Of a stretch of DNA of 64,000 nucleotides, positions 47,519 through 57,363 are shown one piece after another. This stretch comes from Planctomycetota bacterium (GTDB lineage: Bacteria > Planctomycetota > UBA8108 > SXIK01). Under the pieces are notes generated by a model. That model was not told where the DNA came from. It did not search any database and saw nothing but the letters and a program-made list of their open reading frames with translations. Position 1 is the first letter of the stretch; each line of letters starts with the position of its first letter. A program made the translations under genes and the position numbers. The stretch is taken from NCBI GenBank assembly GCA_965223265.1, contig OZ244999.1, forward strand, positions 1,024,001 to 1,088,000, read 5' to 3'.

Positions 47519-47556
47519 TCGAGTCGAATATCACAAATGAGATTCAAAGTCACGAA

Positions 47557-49158
47557 CTACGCAACACGTGACAAGCCTTTCTTTAGTTTGAGCTTCTTCT
47601 TTGGCTCGCGTTCTGGTTCTTCTTCGTCGTGCTCCAGGTGGAGCTCAAGATTCACGCCAAGTCTTCTCTCGTCGGCTGGAACCCATGGCAAAAGCCACTG
47701 GTCTTCCTCAGCGCGTGGAACAAACCCAAAATCGCTCTCGTCGTCTTGAGGCACAACGATAGCTTGAAGGTCGCTGCCACTTACGGTATCGCGAGCTGCA
47801 CCAAAGTGAGGTGAGAGAAAGAAGCCAGAGAGCCCGTTCTTTTTCGACGTTGGTGGTATGTCGTAGAACTCTGACGGGAGCACTGCGTCACGCATGACGC
47901 GCTGCTCGCTTACTCCGCGAGAGCGACGGCCGAGCTCACCAGACACACTCCAAAACGTTTCAATCGTTTCAAATTGCCCTAAGATTTTTGACGCCCAGGT
48001 GGCTGACTCTTCTGACTCCAATCGAAGTAGCGCCTTGTTTGAACATTGCGCCACAATCTCGTGCGCAATTCGGGGGCCTGCCGCTTCCCTAAACCCTTCA
48101 ATATCTTGAAACGCGATAACAAGCGACGCTCCCTTGGACCGCCCTTTGACTGCCAGATACGGAAGCATGTCACCTTTTAGAAGCGGGCCAGAAAGACGCG
48201 CTTCGTCAATCCAGACCCACGTGCGCCTGCTGTCAGAGTTCGGTTGTACGTCAATCTCTTCAGTCATGACGCGAAACACTACCTGATTGATTGCGTCAAG
48301 CGGGGCTCGAACGGTTGCGTTTGAACCGAGCAGCAGAATCGAGTCAGACGTAAGCCAAGAGCGAATCGAAAGCCGCCGTTCTTTCGGCAAGCGCTGCCAC
48401 ACAGCAGCAACAGGCTTGTAGTACGTCATGCGAGACACAATCGTTGTGAAGACTTGATACGCTGTGCGCTCGTCACCAAAAAATGCGTCAAGTACGTCGC
48501 GGCCGTCGGCGTCTCTTCGAAGCACAGCTTGGATTCTCTCTTTTGAGAGACACGCAAACACGAAGTCTGAAAAGGACCACTCGGTAGGCGAGTGGCGAAT
48601 AAAGCTCGCCACAACTTCAGTAATCACTTGGCGCGCTGCGTCAGTGAAGTAGCGGTTGTTACCGCCCTTCTCTTCTGGGATAAGAGCAGTCACTAAGTTC
48701 TGAGCTCTGGCAAAGCTTGTGATATCTGCCGCAATGTCCCAAGCGACTGCGCACGGGAACTCGTCACGCGCTTCAAACGGGTGAAGCGAATACACAGGAC
48801 ACGTAACACCGATTTGCCGAAGGAAGGCAGTGGTGTCAGATTTTGCGTCAAAGATAACTGAACGAGTGTCAGAGCCTGCCTCGATTCCAGCCAGTGGCTG
48901 CGCCATGAGCCTTCGCTGCAAAAGAGATTTCCCGGACCCCGTGGTCCCGACAATGAGGAAATGCTGCGTTGCAGCTGACTCAGGAAGAGTCACATTTCCA
49001 AACTGCAATGTGCCGCGAGCGTCGCCACGCGCTGCGGTCCTACGAAGTTTCCGGCCGCGACGGTAACGAGCCTTTCTTGCGCGCCGAAGCAAAAGCTCAC
49101 CGCCAAAGACAACGCCTACGATTCCAAGAGCGATTGCGGCACGTGTCGTTACGTTCAT
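47557..49158 (-). CDS. Type IV coupling protein (TrwB/TraD-like)
   Basis: N-terminal TM segment, QHFLIVGTTGSGKS, WVWIDEA, KGRSKGASLVIAFQDIEG; overlaps the relaxase stop. Confidence 0.9.
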   Translation of the reverse strand: MNVTTRAAIALGIVGVVFGGELLLRRARKARYRRGRKLRRTAARGDARGTLQFGNVTLPESAATQHFLIVGTTGSGKSLLQRRLMAQPLAGIEAGSDTRSVIFDAKSDTTAFLRQIGVTCPVYSLHPFEARDEFPCAVAWDIAADITSFARAQNLVTALIPEEKGGNNRYFTDAARQVITEVVASFIRHSPTEWSFSDFVFACLSKERIQAVLRRDADGRDVLDAFFGDERTAYQVFTTIVSRMTYYKPVAAVWQRLPKERRLSIRSWLTSDSILLLGSNATVRAPLDAINQVVFRVMTEEIDVQPNSDSRRTWVWIDEARLSGPLLKGDMLPYLAVKGRSKGASLVIAFQDIEGFREAAGPRIAHEIVAQCSNKALLRLESEESATWASKILGQFETIETFWSVSGELGRRSRGVSEQRVMRDAVLPSEFYDIPPTSKKNGLSGFFLSPHFGAARDTVSGSDLQAIVVPQDDESDFGFVPRAEEDQWLLPWVPADERRLGVNLELHLEHDEEEPEREPKKKLKLKKGLSRVA

Positions 49159-51692
49159 GCCGGAATCCTCTCGCGTTCGTAATCAACAGCAAGGTCTTTC
49201 GCGCGGCTGCGCGACATTTGCTTTGCCAAAACTTCCAAAACCTCCGCGTCGCCGTCTTCGTCGAGCGATAAGCGGTCAGTGTAAATACGGGTCTCGTCGC
49301 GAGCTCGAGACGCCTGTACGTACGAAATCTCGCGGTCAGTCATGCCGCCGCCTGAAAGGACAAAGGCGTTATTAACTGTCGCGCCTTGTCCTTTGTGGGT
49401 GGTAACGGCGTAGCCGAGCTTTAAATGAGCGTAAGCGTCAGTATGAATGCGCAGAGTCTTTCCGTCGTCAAGCCGTATCATGAGCGATTGCTGTTTCTTG
49501 TTTAGGCCGACAACGGTTCCAACCATTCCGTTTTCAAGGCCCAGTAGCTTCTCGCCTTTGGTAAAAAGCACGCGGTCACCCACGCGGAATTCACTGTCTT
49601 CCACTTCGAGCACTTCGTCGCTAAGGTGCCCAGCCTCTAACCGACGCTGCTGACAGAGCTGGTTCACTTCGCGCCCTTCGAAATTGGTGCCTACGAAAAT
49701 CAGCGTTTCTTCCAAATCTTTCTCTGCTGCCGCTTCCCAGTCATTTACCAGCGCTTCAATGGCTTCGTCACGGTCGTCTTGAACTTGGAGGAGCCCGCGA
49801 GAAGCAAACTTTGCAAGCGCACTCTCTGCTTCACCCACTGCAAGCTCTTTCACTGCTTCTACGTCAACTTCGTCACGCTGCCGCGTAATGTGGGTAAGCT
49901 CTGCTGCGCCTACTTCGTTGATTACTCCTTGGAAGATTGCACCAGCACTGATTGCTTGCAGTTGCCGGGTGTCACCGACCATGACGAGTTTCGCGCCCGC
50001 GCGCTCGACTGTCCCAGCGAGTCTGCAAAGGTCACGCGTTCCAACCATTCCCGCTTCGTCAAGAACAACAATGGTGTCGTTTCCAAGGCGAATGCGTTCT
50101 TGCCTAAGTTCTCGAAGAAGCGATTGTATGTGCTGTGATTCAATGCCAGAGCCTTTCTGCAATTCGCAGGCAGCTTTTCCAGCGAGCGCTGTTCCAAGGA
50201 CGCGATACCCTGCCGCTTCCCACGCTTCGCGTGCCGCTTCAAGTAGTGTGGACTTCCCAGTACCCGCGAGGCCGTTCACACACGTAACGGAGTCATTGCC
50301 AGCGGTCACATGGTAGACCGCTTCCACTTGCTCGTCGAACAACTTGAACTCTTCTTCGCTTCCCAGAAGCGACTTGCGAAGCGAAGCGGTTTTACGCTCT
50401 TCGTAACCGCTTATAGCCTTTGCAACGTCGCTTCGGGCAAGCGAATGGAGGTCGTTCCCGCGGGAGTCACGAGCAATTTTTAAGACTCTTCGTTCGAGAA
50501 AAAGCATTTCTTGTGTCGTGTAGTGCGTCTCACCCCTCACCTGGTAATCGAGTTTCACGATTGTTCCGTCTTGGGTGAGAGCATGCGCGACGCGCTCTTT
50601 GATAGCGGATATTCCGACGCCCTTTCCTTGCGCTTCTTCTGCTGCGTATCTGACGAGCTCAAGTTCTGAGAAGTGAGCGTTTGAGTCAGTGATTCTCTTC
50701 ACTGCGCGACGTATCGCTTCGTAAGCTTCGATTGCAATGTTTCGCGGCTTGTAGCGCTTTTCCTTTTCTGCTTCGAGAATTTCGTGTGAGAGCCCGAACT
50801 CACGGGCGACCTCTTGCCAATGCTCAATCAGAGTCTCACGGAGGATTTGTTCTTTCTCGGTGCGTGTAGCAAGTGCTGCCTTCTCTGCTGCCCTTGTTCC
50901 AGAGAGCTTGTGCTTTATGAGCCACTTTTCGATTTCTCTTCGTCGTTTGGAGAACTCTGAAATGAGCTCAGGTGAGACGCAATCCAGCTCAAACCAAGAG
51001 ACTCTCTCGTTTGGCTTCCCTTCTTTCTCTGGACGGTGTGAGCGAAGACCGATTTGCTCGAGCTCGCGTGAGAGCTCTGCCCTGTAGAGTGCGCCAAGCG
51101 CCATTTTCATGTTGCGCCGAAAGAGGTGACGAGCGTCAAGAGCGTTCGTGCCACCGTCTTCTCGCGCTACCACGTTACAGAGCACCACGTGGTGGTGAAG
51201 ATTTGGGTCGGGGAGCTCACCAGGAATGCCACGCGACGTGTCATGGCGAAAGATTGCAGCCATCAGCTTTCCGCGTTCGCTTTCCGTTCCGTTGTAGCCA
51301 AGGCGAGTGAAGCCGCAATGCTCTTGAAGTTCAGTAAGAACGCGCATGAGCGCGCGGTGGTTTGCTGCCTCGATTTCTTTTCGTTGCTCGAGGTTTCCAG
51401 CTGACCATGCAGCTGAAACCGATTTTGGAACAGAGAACGTCAAATCGAATCCAGCGCGCCGCTTCTTCTTTGACTTCATGACCAGGTCATGTGTTCCGTC
51501 AGGTGAGGTACCTTCCAAAAGGTTACGGAACACTTGCCCGTCAACTTGGCCAGAGAGCCCGAGTGCCTTCGCGCCTTCTCCCCACCAGTTGCCTGGCGGC
51601 TCACCGCCACCTACGTAGTAATCTTCTTGTCCAAGATTTGCGTAGTACGAAAGCGCGTCTTCGCTTGAACCAATCGCTTTAATCGAGAGCAC
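49155..51692 (-). CDS. MOB_F (TrwC-like) relaxase-helicase
   Basis: YY...EDYY, GFDLTFSVPKSVS, HDTSR..DPNLHHH, FSKRR, GLAGTGKS, LDEAGMV, GYAVTTHKGQGATV. Confidence 0.95.
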   Translation of the reverse strand: MLSIKAIGSSEDALSYYANLGQEDYYVGGGEPPGNWWGEGAKALGLSGQVDGQVFRNLLEGTSPDGTHDLVMKSKKKRRAGFDLTFSVPKSVSAAWSAGNLEQRKEIEAANHRALMRVLTELQEHCGFTRLGYNGTESERGKLMAAIFRHDTSRGIPGELPDPNLHHHVVLCNVVAREDGGTNALDARHLFRRNMKMALGALYRAELSRELEQIGLRSHRPEKEGKPNERVSWFELDCVSPELISEFSKRRREIEKWLIKHKLSGTRAAEKAALATRTEKEQILRETLIEHWQEVAREFGLSHEILEAEKEKRYKPRNIAIEAYEAIRRAVKRITDSNAHFSELELVRYAAEEAQGKGVGISAIKERVAHALTQDGTIVKLDYQVRGETHYTTQEMLFLERRVLKIARDSRGNDLHSLARSDVAKAISGYEERKTASLRKSLLGSEEEFKLFDEQVEAVYHVTAGNDSVTCVNGLAGTGKSTLLEAAREAWEAAGYRVLGTALAGKAACELQKGSGIESQHIQSLLRELRQERIRLGNDTIVVLDEAGMVGTRDLCRLAGTVERAGAKLVMVGDTRQLQAISAGAIFQGVINEVGAAELTHITRQRDEVDVEAVKELAVGEAESALAKFASRGLLQVQDDRDEAIEALVNDWEAAAEKDLEETLIFVGTNFEGREVNQLCQQRRLEAGHLSDEVLEVEDSEFRVGDRVLFTKGEKLLGLENGMVGTVVGLNKKQQSLMIRLDDGKTLRIHTDAYAHLKLGYAVTTHKGQGATVNNAFVLSGGGMTDREISYVQASRARDETRIYTDRLSLDEDGDAEVLEVLAKQMSRSRAKDLAVDYERERIPA

Positions 51693-51728
51693 TGCCTACA
51701 ACTCCCTCTCGCCCTTGGCACGACTTCC

Positions 51729-51995
51729 CTACTCTTCCGTCGCGTCGTTAAAATCTTTCCTTAGAGCTTTCAGTTCGTCTTCCATTCTGCTGAAGCGTTT
51801 TAGCTCGGCTTCGATTCGACCGAGCCGGTCATGAACCCCAAGCAGTCCGCTATCTGCGGCTGCCATGGTGGCAACTCTTCCAAACTCGTTCGGTGAGAGC
51901 CGAACGTGCTTTGCCGCTTCCGAAATGATTTCGTCATACGGAGGAAAGAGACGAAACGTAAGCTTCTCTACAAAGGAATTCTTCTTCTTGCTCAT
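51729..51995 (-). CDS. Putative relaxosome accessory protein (RHH-like plus coiled coil)
   Basis: KLTFRL beta-strand followed by helices; immediately upstream of the relaxase. Confidence 0.6.
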   Translation of the reverse strand: MSKKKNSFVEKLTFRLFPPYDEIISEAAKHVRLSPNEFGRVATMAAADSGLLGVHDRLGRIEAELKRFSRMEDELKALRKDFNDATEE

Positions 51996-52240
51996 GTCTG
52001 GTTCCTTGAGTTCCAGACAAGCTCTGTTGCTTCTCGAAGCTTCTTCGATATGGGGTACTGCTTGCTGTAGACCGCAAAGGCAGCTTCAAGGATTTCCTTC
52101 TTGTCTCTTCCGGTTGCCAGTGAGTAGAGCTCAAGCTCATACGTCGTGTCTGGTGCCAGGTTGTAGCTTGCTTTGGTCTTTAGGAAGTGTGGCGTAAAGC
52201 CGTTCCCGTTTCCTTTTGACTTGGTACTTCTTCGGGTCAT
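51992..52240 (-). CDS. Small putative RHH DNA-binding protein
   Basis: TKASYNL..T..EL..Y....GRDKKEILEAA; ATGA overlap with the next gene. Confidence 0.55.
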   Translation of the reverse strand: MTRRSTKSKGNGNGFTPHFLKTKASYNLAPDTTYELELYSLATGRDKKEILEAAFAVYSKQYPISKKLREATELVWNSRNQT

Positions 52241-52353
52241 AACAACCACCCTTTACAACTTCGCCCTGCAAAAAGCAGAACGTTACTACACGCAAAAGAG
52301 TATCACGATAGACCCGTAGACTCAAATTCACGCACGTCTCTGCCGAACCCTCA

Positions 52354-52441
52354 TTCCACTTGTCGACTCGTGTGGTCGGGTGGTCAACCACCCAGCCACC
52401 TAACCACCCAGGTGGTCAGCCACCTATCCACCCACGTGTCT
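52354..52441. repeat. Phased octamer array (NNCCACNN / NNGTGGNN) in the presumed oriT/promoter region
   Basis: ttccactt gtcgactc gtgtggtc gggtggtc aaccaccc agccacct aaccaccc aggtggtc agccacct atccaccc acgtgtct. Confidence 0.75.
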
Positions 52442-53039
52442 ACAAAGGAACCCCGTTGGGGGGTTATTCCTGTTTCCTGAAATTCCCACACCTGTGCATT
52501 TGCAATGCGGGGCTTGTGGACGCTTCTTGCTGACAGCAAGCGCTTAGTCGACGGTGAATCCCTCTCTTGGAACAGGAAGTTACACGTGTCTCGCCGCTCT
52601 ACCTGGAACACGCGCGCGTAGCGAGCCGTAGACACAGGCTTCACGCTCTGTTGTTGCGCACTTAGCTCGGGTTTTGCATGGATTTGTCGACACGGTAATT
52701 CGGGCGCTTGCGCTGGGGTGTTCTCGGCAAAAAAGGCCGCAAGGAAAAGTCCGAAGACGATTCCTTACAGCAATAAGAAAGAGTCCAACTCGTCTCAGTC
52801 TGCCAGAACTGAAAGCAGTCAGATAAGGACATCTTCTGGCACAGTTGCCCAAGCTCTTTCATGCCCGAAAGTTTGAAGAGAAAGTACTTTCGGGTTTGAA
52901 GTTAAAAGAAGTGAAGAGAACACAAACCGCACCACTTCAGAGGAGTTGAAGTAAAGGTAGGGTTCAATTCAAGACAGCTTTAACACCGTTGAAGTTGAGT
53001 CGTCAACAGCTATCTCGCTTTGCGTGTGCTACTCGCTGG

Positions 53040-54599
53040 TTAGGCCGCTGTCGCCTTCTCTTCCGCTGACAGCAGTGGAAGCACATGCCGCCTAAGGACG
53101 CTTCGCTGTATCGATATCGCTGCTGGATTCGTCTTCTCTCGAAAGGAAAGCTCCCGGCTTGACGCGTTCTTCCATGCAGTCTCTACGACCTGGCGGCGGT
53201 GTTCGTCAGCGAGCTCCGCAAGATAAGCGGTGACCAATGCGTCTTCCTCTTGGTGGTTCTGCTCGACCGGAGTGTCTTCTTGCCCGGAATCTACCACCTC
53301 GGACTGAGTTGGACTCGTTTGTGTACCGACACGCGTGTCTTGCGCTGCGTACCACTCCACGAACTCCGCTTCGAGGTTGTACCTATTTGGGTGGTGCAGT
53401 GTGTGCGCCAGGAACTTCTTTGGCTTCGGCCCGGCCTTCCCTCTCTCGTCCTTCCACTTTGTGTACGCAATGCGCTCACGAATCAATGCCTCTGGCTTGT
53501 TCTTGAGAAACCACTTGGCGTCTTTTTCTTCGAACCCAAACGCCAGCAGCTGCGAAAGTAGGTCCTCTGGCTTGCTCAAAATCAGTTCACCACTCAACAC
53601 TCGGTGTGCAACTGCTTCGGAATTAGCGGCACTCCTCGTTTCTCGGTGCACCTTATTCTCGGGTGGCTGCACTTTGTAAGCGTCGCCTCGCTTTTTACCC
53701 CCTCCCTTCGGACTTTTACCTGACACCAAGACAATCTCTGGCTCGCCACCAAGCGGTGTTGGATACCGTTCCTCTTTCAGCTGTTTTGTAAGGAAATCGT
53801 GTCGCTCAAGTTCTGTTAGGCCTGGCGTGAGTCGTTCTATGAGCTTACTTGGTGCTGTGTACTTTTTGTCGATACCAATTTTCTCGTGAGCAAACACCTT
53901 GAGCGGAATTCGGTGAGAGCGTTTCTTCCAAAAATGCTTGCCAAGGTAACGTTGCGCAACCTTTGCTGTCGGGGTTTTCAGCGACAGATACAGTTCGTAG
54001 TCGAGGCCGCGGAGGTGTCCGGCACCAAAGCTCTTAAACACCACCTCATTCCAATCAACAAAGGAGTATCCGTTTTCTTGTTGGCTCTGGCTCTTCGCTG
54101 CGCCTTTTCCCGGGGCGCTTACCCTATCAAAGACGGAAAATGTTTCATTGCGCCACTCTTTTGAATCGTTGTCGAACCAGGCATTCTCAAACTTGAGGCT
54201 GAGAGCGGCCCATTTGTCTATTTCAAAGCGTAGACGACGGTAGTCGTCCTTACTGTGACCCCACCGCAAAAACTTAAGCAGCCGATATTGGGTGAAGAGA
54301 ACTCTCCGGTTCTCAAAGTTGCACGCACGACTCAACTGAAGAAATCCGACGAGCACGTCATTGCTCGTTGGTGTGGGGAGGCCATATTTGGGCGGAGCCG
54401 TGACTGTGAGCTTACGCGGAATGTGTAACCCTGTGTTCTCGTCGAAAAACGTGTCTTCCCGAACGAGCTCAAAGCAATCCTTTGGTGCGTAGTGTTGCAA
54501 GATTGACAGCGGAAACTCAACAAAGTTGAGCTCGTCTTTCCCCTTCTTCAAATCAGTCAGAAGAGGAAACTCCAATATCTTGCCCTGGTCGTCTTCCAT
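53040..54599 (-). CDS. repA: Plasmid replication initiator protein A
   Basis: GKDELNFVEFPL, YGLPT, FENAWFD, WNEVVFKSF.AG, YL.LKTPTAK...RYLGKHF; iterons directly upstream. Confidence 0.85.
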   Translation of the reverse strand: MEDDQGKILEFPLLTDLKKGKDELNFVEFPLSILQHYAPKDCFELVREDTFFDENTGLHIPRKLTVTAPPKYGLPTPTSNDVLVGFLQLSRACNFENRRVLFTQYRLLKFLRWGHSKDDYRRLRFEIDKWAALSLKFENAWFDNDSKEWRNETFSVFDRVSAPGKGAAKSQSQQENGYSFVDWNEVVFKSFGAGHLRGLDYELYLSLKTPTAKVAQRYLGKHFWKKRSHRIPLKVFAHEKIGIDKKYTAPSKLIERLTPGLTELERHDFLTKQLKEERYPTPLGGEPEIVLVSGKSPKGGGKKRGDAYKVQPPENKVHRETRSAANSEAVAHRVLSGELILSKPEDLLSQLLAFGFEEKDAKWFLKNKPEALIRERIAYTKWKDERGKAGPKPKKFLAHTLHHPNRYNLEAEFVEWYAAQDTRVGTQTSPTQSEVVDSGQEDTPVEQNHQEEDALVTAYLAELADEHRRQVVETAWKNASSRELSFREKTNPAAISIQRSVLRRHVLPLLSAEEKATAA

Positions 54600-54663
54600 G
54601 TTGAGAGCCTGCTTCAATTGACTTAAACCATTGCATGCGAAAGTTCACCTCACAATCCCCAAT

Positions 54664-54821
54664 TACCGTGCCTGAACGGAAGAATACCGTCGGCGAACGG
54701 AAGCTTCCGTCAAGTACCGTGTCTGAACGGAAAAAGTACCGTGTCTGAGCGGAAGATTTACCGTGTTTGAACGGAGGCACTACCGTGTCTGAGCGGAAGA
54801 TTGACCGTGTTTGAACGGAAG
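54664..54821. repeat. Seven iterons (consensus TACCGTGTCTGAACGGAAG): putative replication origin
   Basis: Copies start at 54664, 54685, 54715, 54737, 54759, 54781 and 54803 (last five at 22-bp period), followed by an AT-rich AGAC-repeat tract at ~54866-54905. Confidence 0.9.
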
Positions 54822-55370
54822 CAAATCGTTGCAGCTTCGCGATATAACTCACAAATCTGGCCCCTAAGACAGAGACTATATATAGACTAAAAGACAGATA
54901 GACAGGGCCGTCTGTTGTTTCTCCTTTATGTTTGTTTTCTGTAATCCAATCTGTGGGTTCTTAGCCAATCAGAACGGGCGTGTAGTTGCTGAAGACCTTC
55001 CGCTCAAGGACGGTACTCAATGCATTCCCAAAGCTGTCATTGCCAAGAGACCAGTCATTACGTCCCCGCACCCGGTTTCCCGAAGGGAAGCTTTCCAAGT
55101 GGAAAGACGTATCGCGAGAAGCAGTCAGGCCAAGTGGCCGTTACCTTCCTCGAGCAAAATCTGCAAAAGCGACGTTCCCCACCCTTTCACTCAAATCCAA
55201 AACGGCGTTAGCGGAGCTCGAGATTTTCGCGACACCGATTCGTTCGTTACCACTTCGCAGTGGCCGACTGACTTTCACTTTTCTCTTCGCTACGCGCGCC
55301 ACGCGCGCTCTGTTTTGAAACGAAGCCCGCGGCAGCACCTTAGAAACGCCTCGCGCGGTCAAAAAGTTCT

Positions 55371-55597
55371 GATAGCTTGATAGCAAGCTTGCAACCTTGC
55401 AAGTGAGCGTGAACGCTTTCTTTCACACTTGAAAGCGAGCTTGTACGCACTCACGCGAATTTCGCTACGGCTCATCGCGGCAGTTCTGCACGCATGAAAG
55501 CAAGCGTAGTAGCTATCAAGTAAGCTTGCACGCTATCACGCAAGCTAAAAAGCTACCTTGCGAGATTGCACGCTCTCTGCCAAGCTTTCAAGCAAGG
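55371..55597. repeat. Phased tetramer array (GCAA/GCTT/GCTA/GATA-type), putative parS centromere/operator
   Basis: gata gctt gata gcaa gctt gcaa cctt gcaa... in two blocks immediately upstream of parA. Confidence 0.75.
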
Positions 55598-55606
55598 GTT
55601 AGGACC

Positions 55607-56248
55607 ATGATAATTGGCTTTGTAATGAGAAAGGGTGGTGTCGGGAAGAGCACACTCGCTACACACGCCACAGTCTACCTTCATGACCGCGGTGAACCGG
55701 TAGCTCACATTGACGCTGACGCAAGCCTTGACTCAAGCAAGTGGCTAAAGCGCATGGAAGTCGACATTCCCGTGTACGGTTCTCACAGCGTTGACGAGAT
55801 TGTTGCGCTTGCTCGCGAGCTCGATAGCAAATTTGACTACGTGATTCTCGACGCCCCAGGTTCAAACGACGAAGCAGCGCGAACACTTCTTTGTGTGTGC
55901 CACGTTGCAGTCATGCCGTGTGGTCCTTCGTATCTCGACATGGACTCACTGGAAGAAACTCTTGCACTTGTTAAAACTGCTCGCGCACTTCGTGACGGAA
56001 CATTGCCGCACGTCTTTTTTGTTGGCAACCAAACAAAGAAACGCCAGACACTAAGCAAAGAACTGGTTGAGTTGATTGACAACAAAGGAATACCTCGAGC
56101 AAAGCATACTGTGAGAGAGCTTACAGCGATTGAAGACGCTCCCGGGCAGGACACAGTGGTTACACGAGAGAAGAAGCGCGCAGCAAAAAACGATATCAAC
56201 GCAGTAATGGAGGAGATACTTGCCTATGCCAAAGAGAAAGCCGCTTAA
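55607..56248 (+). CDS. parA: ParA-family partition ATPase (short, type Ib-like)
   Basis: KGGVGKST, HIDAD, DYVILDAPG, PCGPSYLD. Confidence 0.92.
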   Translation: MIIGFVMRKGGVGKSTLATHATVYLHDRGEPVAHIDADASLDSSKWLKRMEVDIPVYGSHSVDEIVALARELDSKFDYVILDAPGSNDEAARTLLCVCHVAVMPCGPSYLDMDSLEETLALVKTARALRDGTLPHVFFVGNQTKKRQTLSKELVELIDNKGIPRAKHTVRELTAIEDAPGQDTVVTREKKRAAKNDINAVMEEILAYAKEKAA

Positions 56249-57128
56249 CGAGCGGTTTACCGAGAAGGAAGAAGTCGAAACGGAAACGAAACCCAGTGCT
56301 TCCGAGGCCGAGTCAGGGGGCTTGACGCCCGAGCAAAAGGTTTTCGCAAAGACTGGGAAAGTTGTTCCCATATCGAAGAAGAAAGCAAAGCAAAAGAACA
56401 AGGCCGATTCGAAAGACGAGCGAAAAGATAACGACGGGGACGCTGGCGAACACAAAGACACCGGGAAAGAAGAGGGCAAACAATCAGGCTCTGAAGAAAG
56501 GAAGAAGCAAGACCCAGACGAGCAAGAAGGTGCGGGACGAAAGGACTCTCAACAAAAAAACTCACCGAAGAACGGCACAAAGAAAGAGAACGGCGACCCA
56601 GAACCAAAAGAGACCGTTCCGCTTTACCCTGTTCGACCTGCCGACAGTGTTCGCGAGCAATTCCAAGTTCGCGTTCCGCCGTCTCACCACAGGCGGCTTG
56701 GTCATGCAGCGTATGTGAACGCGAAAATCAAAAAGGTTGAGCCCGGCAACCAGTGGAAGATTATGGACGAGGCCGTTTGTGACTGGTTAAACGAGCGCGG
56801 ATACACCGAAGTAGAAGTGTTCGGTGAAGAACAAGCTGTTTCTCCGAAAGAACTTCGCATATCGGAGCCCGCACCAGCACTAAAGCTCCCTTGGCCAGAG
56901 GGGACCGAGAGAAAAGGCGCGAACCACAGCATACGCCTTAATGTCATTAAGCGAGTTCACCATGCCATGCACGCGCAAAAGAACGTGCTCGCTGTCGAAC
57001 CGAATACAGAGCAGGACATTGCAACAGAAGCGCTTGACGAGTGGTTTGAACGAAACGGGTTTTCTGAAGAGCACGTCTTTGAGCCTGTCGAAGTGACTGA
57101 AGCGCCGCCGCAGGTAGGCAACGCTTAA
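56226..57128 (+). CDS. Putative partition adaptor: disordered charged N-terminus plus two tandem RHH-like domains
   Basis: Overlaps the parA stop; repeated unit VEP.N...I..EA..(D/E)W..(R/N)G(Y/F). Confidence 0.7.
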   Translation: MPKRKPLNERFTEKEEVETETKPSASEAESGGLTPEQKVFAKTGKVVPISKKKAKQKNKADSKDERKDNDGDAGEHKDTGKEEGKQSGSEERKKQDPDEQEGAGRKDSQQKNSPKNGTKKENGDPEPKETVPLYPVRPADSVREQFQVRVPPSHHRRLGHAAYVNAKIKKVEPGNQWKIMDEAVCDWLNERGYTEVEVFGEEQAVSPKELRISEPAPALKLPWPEGTERKGANHSIRLNVIKRVHHAMHAQKNVLAVEPNTEQDIATEALDEWFERNGFSEEHVFEPVEVTEAPPQVGNA

Positions 57129-57363
57129 CCGAGCGCACTGCGGTATACCGTGGCTGCTACTTCGAGCAGAAACACGGCAGCCACCCCGAATCGGATTGTT
57201 GCAACAACAAGACGTGCAATCATGAGCGGTGTTCGAGCGGGCCCGCCGAAAGTTTCCGCTTTTTGTGGGGTAGCGAGAGGAAATCGCCCTGGTAACAGTG
57301 CGCTCTCGAACGATAATTCGGTTCGTCGTTGGTTAGAAAAACTGACTGTGATATCGTCGGCCA

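Noticed and set aside
52291-52301. 11-nt match (CGCAAAAGAGT) to the reverse complement of the ssb leader
   Set aside because: Short, noticed after the fact, and compatible with chance.
54664-54821. CRISPR array
   Set aside because: Repeats are nearly contiguous with mostly 2-3 nt gaps, have no unique spacers and no cas genes nearby; position beside repA fits iterons.
55526-55606. N-terminal extension of ParA
   Set aside because: It is a translation of the tetramer array; ParA homology begins at ATG 55607.
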